Source: the human T2T-CHM13v2.0 reference genome, Homo sapiens
DNA: 64,000 bases
Reading direction: 5' to 3' (one strand)
Assembly: GCF_009914755.1 (NCBI RefSeq)
Contig: NC_060929.1
The position numbers were made by a program, and so were the translations under genes. Shown here in pieces: positions 1-11,170 of this stretch (within the stretch, counting starts at the first letter, position 1; each line of letters starts with the position of its first letter). The notes beneath the pieces are model-generated. The model saw only the letters and a list, made by a program, of their open reading frames with translations, ran no database searches and was not told where the DNA came from.

Positions 1-1558
1 TTTGGACAGTTGCAATTTGTTCAGGTTTTCTTTTGATTTTTTTCAGTAACAAAATTATAACTTTATTAAAGATAAAGTAGAAAATTATATAAGTAGATCA
101 GCAAAAATTTTTCAGAGAAGAATTTTTCAGATTTAAGGTTAAATAAAATGTCAACTGTAATAAAACTATAAATTCATGATATTATTTTTGTGTTTCAGAG
201 TAAAGGCATAAAGCAATAAATGATAAATTACAAATAGAAACAGAAGAGTGTGACTCTATAATGTATTATCTTCTCTATATTTTTAATTTAAATCTGATTT
301 GATGTTTTAGATCTAGCCAATAAGGTTTTTATTTTAAATATATACTTAAAAAATAACGTGAGAATTATAATTGATTTCTTACCAACAAATAAATACAATT
401 AATTTAGCCTAGGAGCCCTATCATCTTATACATTTATAATCAGACATGTACAATGAATAAAAATAACACAATGTTCACTAACATGTCAACAAATGGCTAA
501 TTATGAGATTATAATATAACAGTATCTATAAAAATAATTCTAAGTGGAGTTAACAAATGGCTGTCTTTAGTCTGAAAAATGTATTTGAAAATAGCCTTTT
601 CAGATATAACAAGAGAGAGATAAGATCTTACTCTTCATCATTAAGGTATGTGAGCCAGATACTGTATATTGCCATCCTGGAAGTCACACTAGTTATAATT
701 TTTAAAAAATTATTTGCGAGAGAAAAACAAGCAAATCAAATTTCCTCAAGTTAAATCAGTAGATGATTTTTATCATGCTCTGACATTAAATTCATATTAG
801 TGATGCCTCACCTATGATAGATTTTTTAACAATAGATTAAGCTATTCTCATATGATACGTACTCATTTTTAAATAATTTGTATAACTGGTATTAGTCCAA
901 TGATATATGCATAATGTCTGTATGTATAGTTATGTATGGATGGATTTTATATATATTTATATGTAATATATACAATACATAATGTTTTACATATTATGTA
1001 TTACATATACTTAATAACCAAAATATAATTGTTGGTTTACCTTTCAACATTTTATAGGAAGACAACAGATTATTGTGAACGAGCTGATTCTTCTAAAAGG
1101 CCCTTCAAGATTACCCTTCAAGCTGGATAATCACCTGTTTGCTCATGTATGACTCTGTCTTGAATAACAGGACAAATACATATATACACACACACACACA
1201 AACACACAAATAATGATGAACGTGACAGTGATAGCTAAAATAGATTAATTGCTATGCAAAACACATTATCTTATTCAATTTGTGTAAGGAAGTCTAAATG
1301 CAGATTTAGAAGTTATGTTGCCTTGCAAAATAGACATTTTCCCAAAGAGTTGTTTGAACCAAACAATGGTAAATCACAGACATTTTACATTATCTAAAGA
1401 ATAATTTTACACAATGTAAAAAACACTTTTCAAAAGTGAAGGCTATTTTTATTTCCTTCTGAGTTAGTCTGACAAATTCAAAATACATGTATTTACATTT
1501 ATGTTTATATTCTTAAAGCAGGTACAACTAAACTTACTGCATAAATACAGATCACTTC

Positions 1559-2077
1559 TGTATTATTTAGGGTTCTCTAGGGGGACAGAAGTAATAGGAT
1601 AGACATACATATAAAGAGGTGTTTGTTAATGAGTACTGACTCACGTGATCACAAGTTGAGGTTCCACAATAGGCCATCTGTAAACTGAGGAGCAAGGAAG
1701 CCAGTCCCAGTTCCAAAACCTCGAAAATAAGGAAGCCGACAGTGCAACCTTCAGTCTGAGGCCAAAGGTCCAAGAGTTCCAAAGCTGAAGGACTTGGAGT
1801 TTGATGTTGCAGGGCAGGTAGCATCCGGCACAGGGGAAAGATGGAGGCCAGAAGACTCAGCCAGTCTAGTCTTTCCACGTGCTTCTGCCTGCTCCTTTTT
1901 CTGGTCACAGTGGCAGCTGATTAGATTGTGCCCACCCAGAGAAAGGGTGGGCCTGCCTTTCCCAGTCCACTGACTCAAATGTTAATCTTCTTTGGCAACA
2001 CCCTCACAGACACACCCAGGAAAAATACTTTGCATCCTTCATTCCAATCAAGCTGAGACTCAATATTAACCATCTCC
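1559..2077 (-). mobile_element. MLT2A2-type solo LTR (HERV-L)
   Basis: Minus strand reads GATGGTTAATATTGAGTCTCAGCTTGATTGGAATGAAGGATGCAAAGTATT...CTAGAGAACCCTAAATAATACA, matching the recalled MLT2A consensus; ~520 bp length favours MLT2A2 over MLT2A1. Confidence 0.88.
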
Positions 2078-5000
2078 CTTTCCCATTATTGAGAGGAAAC
2101 ATCAGCACTCTTTTTATTAAGTATTTTTTTTCTAGGCAAGGAAGAGGAGAAAATAATAATGATGAAAAGTAATTATTATTTCTTTTTCTCAAATTCAAGA
2201 CTTTGTAATAGCACAGTCTTTTTGTGAACTCAGACTCACCATCTCCAGTAATTGTCACCTGTGATTCAACGTCTGTAACATTGAAATCGTACAAAATTTA
2301 TTCCCAAAACTTTCTCATTTCCCTTTTAGTTTTTCCTCCTTCCTACTCCTGATTCCCAAAGTATTTCTGTCTCATCTCCATCCTATCAATGTTCAATTTC
2401 AAATGACTATAATGTTGGGACGGTTTGAGTGACTTCTTCTCATTAAGGTATAAATGATTGATTGATTCTTGTTCTGTCTTTTCCGGGGCATTTACATTTT
2501 AATAGGGGATAATTCTTTCATTCATGGGGAATGAGTTCTATAAGAGCGTCATTTCAAACTAGAGTAATAGGTCAGTGTGAAGGGAACTTGGAATTGGAAA
2601 ATCTTCCTTGTTCATTTTTCGCAAGGTCATATCCCATTGCTCATTACTTTTCAAGAGTTGAAAATTTTACCCCATACCTTAGATGGTAGTGTCTCCAAAG
2701 TTGGATTTACTCTTCACAAACCTACATTTATTCTCTGGAAATAATTTAAACACAGTTGCAATCAAATTAACTTTCTCATATCACTAAGGTAACCTTTAAT
2801 GTACAGCTGTCATAATATGGAAAGTCGCTGAGGTTGGTGAAATCAAAAGCCAAAATGAAGCAAGCAAAAAATAGCATCAAACACAAATACATAAAGCCAC
2901 GGAAAGTGCAGTGAGACAACCTAATCAGCCATCCTAGCAGTAATATTTATATACCTCCTAGCACTGTAGTAAATATTGTTTTATGCACATGCACTATTCC
3001 TTCAGCTCCAAGGAGAGATGAGATTTCTAAGTACCCTTTTGCTGTACAACCCCAGTAAATAAAATGTACGGTACTCTTATAACTATCCCAGAGAGACATG
3101 AAGATCACATCATAGGCATTCTTATTCTTCTTTAAAGCAATTTTTATGAATAATAAATCATACATAATTCTAGGGACAGGAAATAAACGTAAAGCTTGGG
3201 AACAACTTGTTTGTCTCTCTATCACAAAGGACTAGATTTTAAATTCCATTATCTCACATATCACTACACTTTTATAATTTCATTTACTATAAAAACCACA
3301 GCAGCCCCAGAGTAAATTTTAAATTTAAACAAAATAATATATGCTGGCTGAGTCTATGTATATTATCAGATTGAGTTGAGATAGAAAATTTTAGTCTTCC
3401 ACATAAAACTCCTAATATCTGAGGGAACATTTAAAAATTTAATGCATTTTCACGAAGTTCAAGGAAGCTTTGGTCATAAACTAACACTAATTAAAGTTAT
3501 TCTGCATGAACTCATAGGGCAGTGAAAAACCAAACTCATGTCACCAAAATCCATATAAGATAAACTAACAAATGTTAATAAATATTTTGTCTAGAATATA
3601 GATTCATATATGTATAAGTATTTTAGTTATTTGGTACCATTTGCAAAAACTATTGATTTTCTACAGAATAGAGATTTGTATCTTTTATGATCTTTTTGTA
3701 AAAATTTATTATTAATATTTGGTGCTCTAAACATAATTTAAATTGCTGTGATTGACTAGTATTTGGATTATAAACAGCAATTTCTAATTCTTTCCAGTTT
3801 CCTTTAAAGACTTGAAATTATTTACCCATTTATAAAGGATGCCAAATGTCTTGAATTTACTATGTGATTTTATGTAGGTTTTCTAGTGAAATCTGAAGGT
3901 GCATTCACTTCTCTGAGAAAGTTCATATATATTCTTGGCTCTTGATTTATAATAGAATGTCAAATGCTATATAAGAATAAAAGTTACATTTTTAAATATT
4001 TTGGTTGTTGAAAATCTCCTTGAATAATGGTAATATTACTTTATGAAAAGAATCTTTTGTCAAATTCAGTTGGAATAATTTGTAGGCTCACTTGAATTAT
4101 AATTTTTAATTTAGATATTTGACTCTTTACTTTTAAAATAAACAGACTTCCTTAAAGCTTCTGGAGAGTAATTTATTTAAATTTAGGGGAAAAACAGAAA
4201 CATTAAAATACTCTAAGTTATTTCTCTCTGCCTTTCTCAATTTCCCGTGGAAATAACAAAAGATCAGAATTTTCTGGCCTAATGATAAAACAGAATATTT
4301 GCAGTTTCATTTAGAGAAATGTCATGCAAAATTATCTTCAGTATGCTTGTCCATGTCAGAATAAGTGAGAAAGAGAGCGAATTACAAATATTTTTTTCCT
4401 TTTCCTGGAGGAAATTTTATTTAGAGAATATCAGAAAAAGATTCTGTCTTCTTTGCCTAATGCACATGTTTTCAGTAGTGTATTCAATTTTAATTTCATT
4501 TGAATTAGAATGCCATTAATGAGAAAAATAGCTGACCTGCTAACTCAAAGAAACTGCTACACAGAGGTTAATCAAGGTTTATCTGCCTCAATTCAGTTTA
4601 ACAATTGACAAAAATAAGTATTATCTTTCAAATATTCAATATAATTATGCTTTTCAGAAAGTTTAAAAAATCTGCTTTTTGCACAAAGCTTCATGTAAAT
4701 GTAAGAAATGAGAGTCACACTTAATATTCATCAAAGCTTTTATAACTGACTCTGGATATTATTTTAGTGGTAGGTTTTCAAATACAAACTTTTTTTTGCT
4801 TTGAAAACTAAGGTTTTAAAAGCAATCTTCTAATCCTGTTTTTATTTAGAATAATTTCTTTTCAAACCTTTATTATGTTAAATGGGAAAAGTAATATTTT
4901 ATAAGTAAAGAAAAATACAAAATATAGATCAAACTTTGTTGATGTTTGCTTAAAGAAGTGTTGCTTTAATTAATGACCCATTTCCATTAAAAACATAACA

Positions 5001-5314
5001 GATATTTTTCACTTTAAGATTGTTGCTAGAGCAAAACCCCGAAATGAAAAAAGAATATAGAAAGTAATTAGGATTTGAAGACCCAACACAATAATTTTAA
5101 AATGCACCAGTTTTGATTGAAGTAAGCAGTTAATGTTTATTTTATTCAATCTGTAATGTTAAAACTTATTTCACTTTCCTTTTCCCTAGGCCTTATCTGA
5201 AATCTCAGACTAAAACTGAGATAATTTCTTGCTTTCTCACTAATTTTATTTATTTGCCTTTTAAATTGCAAGAGGGTTTTATTCACTGGTTTTCTAAACA
5301 TAAATTGCCTTACG

Positions 5315-5536
5315 CAGCATAAGATAATGGGTAGGTCTGGGCCTCTGTACTCAGATAGTCTTGGTTCAAAATTCAGGTTTCTTTCTGTGAAGGTTATCTT
5401 TGGCTTTAAGATAGTTACCTTAAGGTATTAAAACCTCTTTTTCCTCCTCAGCAGAATTGTGACAATAATAGTAACTACCACAAAGGGTTTTAGGGAAGGT
5501 TCAATGACCCAAATGCATGGAGAGTGATTAACAGTG
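5315..5536 (+). mobile_element. MIR SINE relic
   Basis: MIR-like succession: tcttggttcaaaattcagg, acctctttttcctc, gacaataatagtaactaccacaaagggtt. Confidence 0.6.
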
Positions 5537-5819
5537 GTCATGACTGTGTTCATTTTATTGTTGTCAGGAGAAGAGAAGAGTCATCAAACCTTCCTACCCA
5601 TCTGGTTTCCTCTAACTTCTTTTTGGAGGTCTCCAGCATGGTATGAATTCTTGTGAATTGCATTACTGTTCTTATCAGGTACAGGTACATCATTGTCTCC
5701 TCTAACAGATCTGTTAGGCAACTTGAAGACAGAGGGTCTCTCAGGGAAGTCCTGAGGTCTCTGTCCTCAAATATTTCCTCACCAGCAAGACCTTGCTTTT
5801 CTTTTCTCCTTTCCTCTAA

Positions 5820-6014
5820 CCTCCTTCTCCTTCTTTATTTACCTTCATATCACTTATTAACTGTATTTCATGTTTTTTTTCTCTTCGTGTTAGAATGGTT
5901 GATATATAAAAAAACCAAAGATTTTTCCCTTTTTCATTGGTGCCCTAGATCATATAATATGTAGTAGGCATGCAGCAGGTACTTATTAAATATATGGCAA
6001 ACTCATGAGTAAAT
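5820..6014 (+). mobile_element. L2 LINE 3' end relic
   Basis: Ends in an L2-like terminus: ggcatgcagcaggtacttattaaatat...catgagtaaat. Confidence 0.5.
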
Positions 6015-6129
6015 TTATATTTGGATATTTGTTTTAAAAATATTTTAGAAACCTACTGCCTTGCAAATTTTTAATAACTAACTAGTATTCTATAAGGGTA
6101 CATTTGGCAGCCTTTCATAGTAAATTCTA

Positions 6130-8427
6130 TGTTTTAGTTTGTTTTCACATGTTCTGTAAAGGACTACCTGAGACTGGATAATTGATGAAGAAAAGAAGTT
6201 TGATTGACTCGCAATTCCACAAGGCTTAACAGAAAGCATGACTGGGAGGAAACTTACAATTATGATGGAAGGTGAAGGTGAAGTAAGCACCTTCTTCCCA
6301 TGGTGGCAGGAGAGAGAGAACAAAGGAGGAAGTGCCACCACTTTTAAACCACCAGATCTCATGAGAACTTACTCACTATCATGGGAACAGCAACAAAGCA
6401 ATCGGCCCTCATGATCCAATCACCTCCCACCTGGCCAATTAGACATGAAATTTGGGTGGGGACACAAATTCAAACCATATAATTCTACCCCTGGTCCCTC
6501 TCAAAGATCATATCCTTCTCACATTACAAAATACAATTATCCCTTCTCATCAGACCCTCAGTCTTAACTTATTTCTGCATGAACTCAAAAGCCCACAGTC
6601 CAAAGTCTCATCTGAGACAAAGGAAAGTCCCTTCCACCAATAAGCCTGTAAAATCAAAAACAAGTTAGTTTCTTCCAAGATATAATGGGGTACAGGCATT
6701 TGGTAAAAGCTCCCATTTCAAATGGGAGAAATTGGCCAAAACAAAGGGGTTACTGTCCCCATGCAAGTCTGAAATTCAGCAGGGCACTCATTAAATCTTA
6801 AACCTCCCAAATAATCTCCTTTGACTCGATGTCTCATATCCAGGGCACACTGATGCAAAGGGTGGGCTCCTGAGGCCTTGGACAGCTCCATTCCTGTAGC
6901 TCTGCAGGGCACAGCCCCTTTGGCTGCTTTCATGGGCTGGCATTGAGTGACTGCAGCTTTTTTAGGTGCATGGTGAAAGCGGTTGACAGATCTACCATTC
7001 TGTGGTCTGGAGGATGGTGGCCCTCTTTTCACAGCTCCACTAGGCAGTGCCCCAGTAAAAACTCTGTGTATGGGCTCTAACCCTAAATTTCTCCTTTATG
7101 CTGCACTAGTAGAGGTTCTCCATGAGGGCTCCGTCCCTGCAACAGACTTCTGCCTGAACATCCCAGCATTTCCGTACGTTCTCTGAAATCTAGGTGGAGT
7201 TTTCCAAATCTTAACTCTTGCCTTCTACACACCCCCAGGCCCAAAACCACAGGGAAGCCGTCAAGGCTTGGAGCTTGCACCATTGGAAGCCATGGCCTGT
7301 GCTGTACCTTGGCCCCTTTTAGCCATGGCTGGAGCTGGAGTGGCTGGGACACAGGGTGCCATGTCCCAAGGCTGCACAGAGCAGTGGGGCCCTGGAAACC
7401 ATTTTTCTCTCCTATGCCTCCAGGCTTGTGATGGGAGGAGGTGCCACAAAACTCTCTGAAATATTCTGGTGACATTTTCCCCATTGTCTTGGTGATTAAC
7501 ATTTGGCTCTTCTTATGCACATTTTTGCAGCTTGTATTTCTCCCCAGAAAATGGGTTTTTCTTTTCTAACACGTGGTCAGGCTACCAATTTTCCAAACTT
7601 TTATGCTCTGCTTCCCTTTTAAATATAAGTTCTCCTCGTTTATGCAATGACCATAGGCTTTTAGAAGCAGCCATGCCACACCTTGAGCACTTTACTGCTT
7701 AGATTATTTCTTTTAGCAGATACCCTAAATCATCTCTCTCAAGTTCAAAGTTCCACAGATCTCTAGAGTAGGGGAACAATGTTACCTCCCAGTCTCTTTG
7801 CTAAGGCATAGCAAGAGTGACCTTTGCTCAAGTTCCCAATAAGTTCCTTATGTCCATCTGAGAACTCCTCCACCTGCACTTCATTGTCCATTTCATTATC
7901 AGCATTTTGGTCAAAACCATTCAACAAGTCTCAAGGAATTTCCAAACTTTCCCACATCTTCCTGTCTTCTTCTGAGCCCTCCAAAATGTCCCAAACTCTG
8001 CTTGTTACCGAGTTCCATAGTTGCTTCCACATTTTCAGGTATCTTTACAGCAGTACCCTACTCCTGGTACCAATTTTCTGTGTTAGTCAATTCCCACATA
8101 CTATAAAGAAATACCTGAAACTGGGTGATTTATGAAGAAAACAAATTTAACTGACTCACAGTTTCATAGACTTAACAGGAAACATGACTGGAAGGCCTCA
8201 TGACAGAAGGTGAAGGGGAAGCAATCACATTCTTCCTATGGTGGCAGGAAAGAGAGCAAAACAGGAAGTGCCACACACTTTTAAACCATCAGATCTTGTG
8301 AGAACTCACTCATTGTCCTGAGAACAGCAAGGGAGAAATCTGCCCCCATGATGCAGTCACCTCTCACCAGGCCTCTCGTCCAATTCTACATGAGATTTGG
8401 GTGGGGACACAAATCCAAACCATATCA
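6130..8427 (-). mobile_element. Complete MaLR retrotransposon (THE1D/MSTA-type): LTR 6130-6482, internal 6483-8078, LTR 8079-8427
   Basis: Two homologous ~350-bp LTRs, right one ending gggacacaaatccaaaccatatca. ~1.6-kb MaLR internal region with ctggtaccaat at the 5' LTR junction and a purine tract at the 3' LTR junction. Flanking 5-bp TSD ttcta (6125-6129) / ctcta (8428-8432). Confidence 0.92.
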
Positions 8428-8629
8428 CTCTACTTGTTATTTAACATCTCTCCCTCAACACCTACCAACAAGAGAAACATTTTTAAAATAGGCAGAAACA
8501 TTTTATCTGCTTAAAGCTCACCAATATCTCATATATTGTTCACTTACAAAATCTGCTAGAGTCTATGACTATTCCTTTGAGATGACTGATAAGAAATAGT
8601 ACCTGCATTTGATTCCATTCTGCTGCTGT

Positions 8630-9240
8630 GTCCCTATCTTAACTTTTGCTTTTTAGAATGCAGAGCCTGAGCAAATGCTCAGAGAGTGCATTGCCAGGGA
8701 AGTAGCGTGTAGGAAAAGGAAACGGAGGAAGAGAAGGAGGAAGAACAAGTATGAGGAAGTGTATTACCAAGATGGCTAAAGCATCATGACAGAGGACTTT
8801 TATGGAGGGTTTATGAAGCTATTATGGAGTGTACAAATACCATAAAAAGGCAACACAAAGGGAGAATTGTTTGTCTACAGACTTTCATTTCAAATGGGTT
8901 AAGTTTGCCTCCAAAACATTAAATAGTGTTATTTTCCCGCTCCTATTCCAGCTTTCTTGGTTCCACATGCTTGGAGTCTGAGTAGACCCTGCAGATTTTA
9001 GAAATTCCGTGGCGTCCAGGAAGCTTTGTAGAAGAATGCCGTGACACATGGAACTGAAGAAAGGCAGTATCGGTTTAGGCTCACATGTGACCTAAAGGCC
9101 AGGAATTGTTATCACAGATGATCCCTGTATCTTTAGCAAAGCCAGTAGCTTGTACCAATAACCAGGCATGGTGAAGACACATCCAATTTCTGCTAGGGCA
9201 GCCCCAAATGGAAAGCTGGACAGGGTTCTAGACCTGGGTT
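8630..9240 (-). mobile_element. Ancient ERVL-class solo LTR (LTR40/41/33-like)
   Basis: gcagagcctgagcaaa motif followed by a purine-rich block and gtgtattaccaagatggcta; same layout as the LTR at 53560. Boundaries approximate. Confidence 0.45.
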
Positions 9241-10168
9241 AATGAATTAACTAAATGCTGTGCATGCTTTCAAATATTCATGTATGCTAGAAAAGTGTTC
9301 TGGGATTTTAGCACCAACCTTTCTAAACTGGAGTTACGTAAGTCCCCAAAACTGTAAAAATGTAAATTCAAATGTGCAAAGGTTTTTAAAGTGCCTTGTT
9401 CTTTCTTTAAAAAGATTACAGAATAAAACACATAAATTCTATTATAAAAGTCTCATTTATACTAGAAAATTTTTAAATGGACAGTTAATAATGCCATAAA
9501 GATTTAATTAATAATAATGTTGTAATTTATAAACATTATAGATTACCCAGCTAACAATGTCAATTCCTCTGTTACATTTTAGAAAGAAATTGTATTGGAG
9601 TACACAATGGAAATATTCAATCAAACATGAGGTACCACATAATATAAGGTATAGCTCTTCCTCATATAATAACATAATAACACTCCCCCACACCTGATAA
9701 GAACCAGTAATGAGCTTTCAGGTATAATGAAGGCACAGAAGAAATATTGTGCTTTCTTCTAGATTTTATTCAATAATTTAAGAAAATATCTTGAATCTTG
9801 ATTTTCTATGTCAGATAATCTTAGGGGAGAAGATAAATATTTTTGTGTGTATGTGATGTATGTTATTTAAAAATATCTTCCCTCTGTGAGAGGAGGAAAT
9901 TCTATATCATACTAAAGAGAGGGGAATATTTGCTGTTGTGAAAGGTGATTATTCTAATATCTCTTACCAGCATAATTTGTTTTAGCACCAGCTGGATCTA
10001 GAAAATAAGTAGTAAACATCAAAACTCAATCTAAAACTTGCTTGACACACCTATGCTTATTTAAAATTCAAATTTTAGAATTGTGCACATGCAACTAAGC
10101 CTAAACACAGATGTTTTAAGAGTAATTTGAGCAATAAATATCCTTCTGGAAGTGAGTAACCAAAATTT

Positions 10169-10483
10169 TAGATTTTATGTACCATAAAAGAGACAAGTCA
10201 GTCTTGGCTAAGAGCAAGAGATTTAAAAACATATATTTATGTATATATTTATATATAACATTATAAATATATATTTATAGACATACAAACATATATTTTT
10301 ATAATTTAAAATATATATGTATAATATAAAACATATACATATAAATACATTTATATGTATATTTACTTTTATATTTATATTCATGTACATAAAAATATTT
10401 ATATATATATGTTATAAGTGTATTTTTAAATGTCTTGCTCTTAGCCAAGAATGACTTGTCTCTATTATGGTGCATAAAATCTA
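10169..10483. repeat. Inverted repeat: 61-bp arms (10169-10229 / 10423-10483) around a TA-rich spacer
   Basis: Left arm tagattttatgtaccataaaagagacaagtcagtcttggctaagagcaagagatttaaaaa matches the reverse complement of the right arm at 57/61 positions (hand count). Confidence 0.95.
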
Positions 10484-10486
10484 CAC

Positions 10487-10943
10487 TTTTTTTTTTTTTA
10501 GAAAAGAATACTTTATTGAAACAGTTTCTCAATTGACAATTGAGCAAAGTACAATTTGACTTGAACCTATCCAACCTGCATCAACTGCTAATGAAAGAAT
10601 TTATACATACAGAAGAGGTGGGGGTGTGGTGGGGATTGGGATCTTTAGGTCCCATCTCTGACAATATGGAAAAAAAAAGAAGAAGAAAAATACAAAATGA
10701 CTGACACAGCCAGATTTGTTCTCGTCTTGGAGCTGGCGCAGCAGCCCTAGCTCCTGCTACAGATGAATAAATGGAATATTGGAGGATGGGCACCCTAGGC
10801 ATAGGCATGGTGAGTAAGGGGCTCCTCATCCTATTAGAGCGATGCACATGAGGAAGGCCAGTCATGACTCTCTTCTGTCACCCACAGGCCTTCCTCAATG
10901 AGACTGAGGTGGCATTTTTACATTCACACTGTGGTCTCTCCTT
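10487..10943 (-). pseudogene. Processed (retrocopied) mRNA 3' end, parent gene not recognised
   Basis: T13 at 10487-10499 is a minus-strand poly(A); AATAAA (tttatt 10512-10517) lies 12 nt upstream of it. ~440 bp of higher-GC, 3'UTR-like sequence that matches no repeat I recognise. No TSD found. Confidence 0.7.
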
Positions 10944-10957
10944 CATATATATACATG

Positions 10958-11068
10958 CTGCTTTGTAAATAAGTACACCAGCAGCCAAAGTTTCATTCAT
11001 CAAGAGCACCACATTTCATAGTTTAGTTTCTGGTTTCCTCAGAGAATCAAACTGGTAAAATATTAAGT
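10958..11068 (+). repeat. 111-bp direct duplicate of 11619-11729, embedded in TA-rich repeat
   Basis: ctgctttgtaaataagtacac...ggtaaaatattaagt occurs twice, 108/111 identical. Confidence 0.95.
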
Positions 11069-11170
11069 GATATATACATATATATATATATCTATATATC
11101 TTTATATACACACACAAATAAATATATATTACATATATACTATATATATTACATACATACACACACATAT
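11069..11170. repeat. Degenerate (TA)n/(CA)n simple repeat
   Basis: Visible directly in sequence. Confidence 0.85.

Noticed and set aside
1554-2082. TSD of the MLT2A2 LTR
   Set aside because: Flanks acttc / ctttc match only partly and the terminal CA is mutated.
10169-10483. MITE/DNA transposon interpretation of the inverted repeat
   Set aside because: Ends match no mariner, Tigger or hAT TIR I know, there is no clear TSD, and the interior is simple TA repeat.
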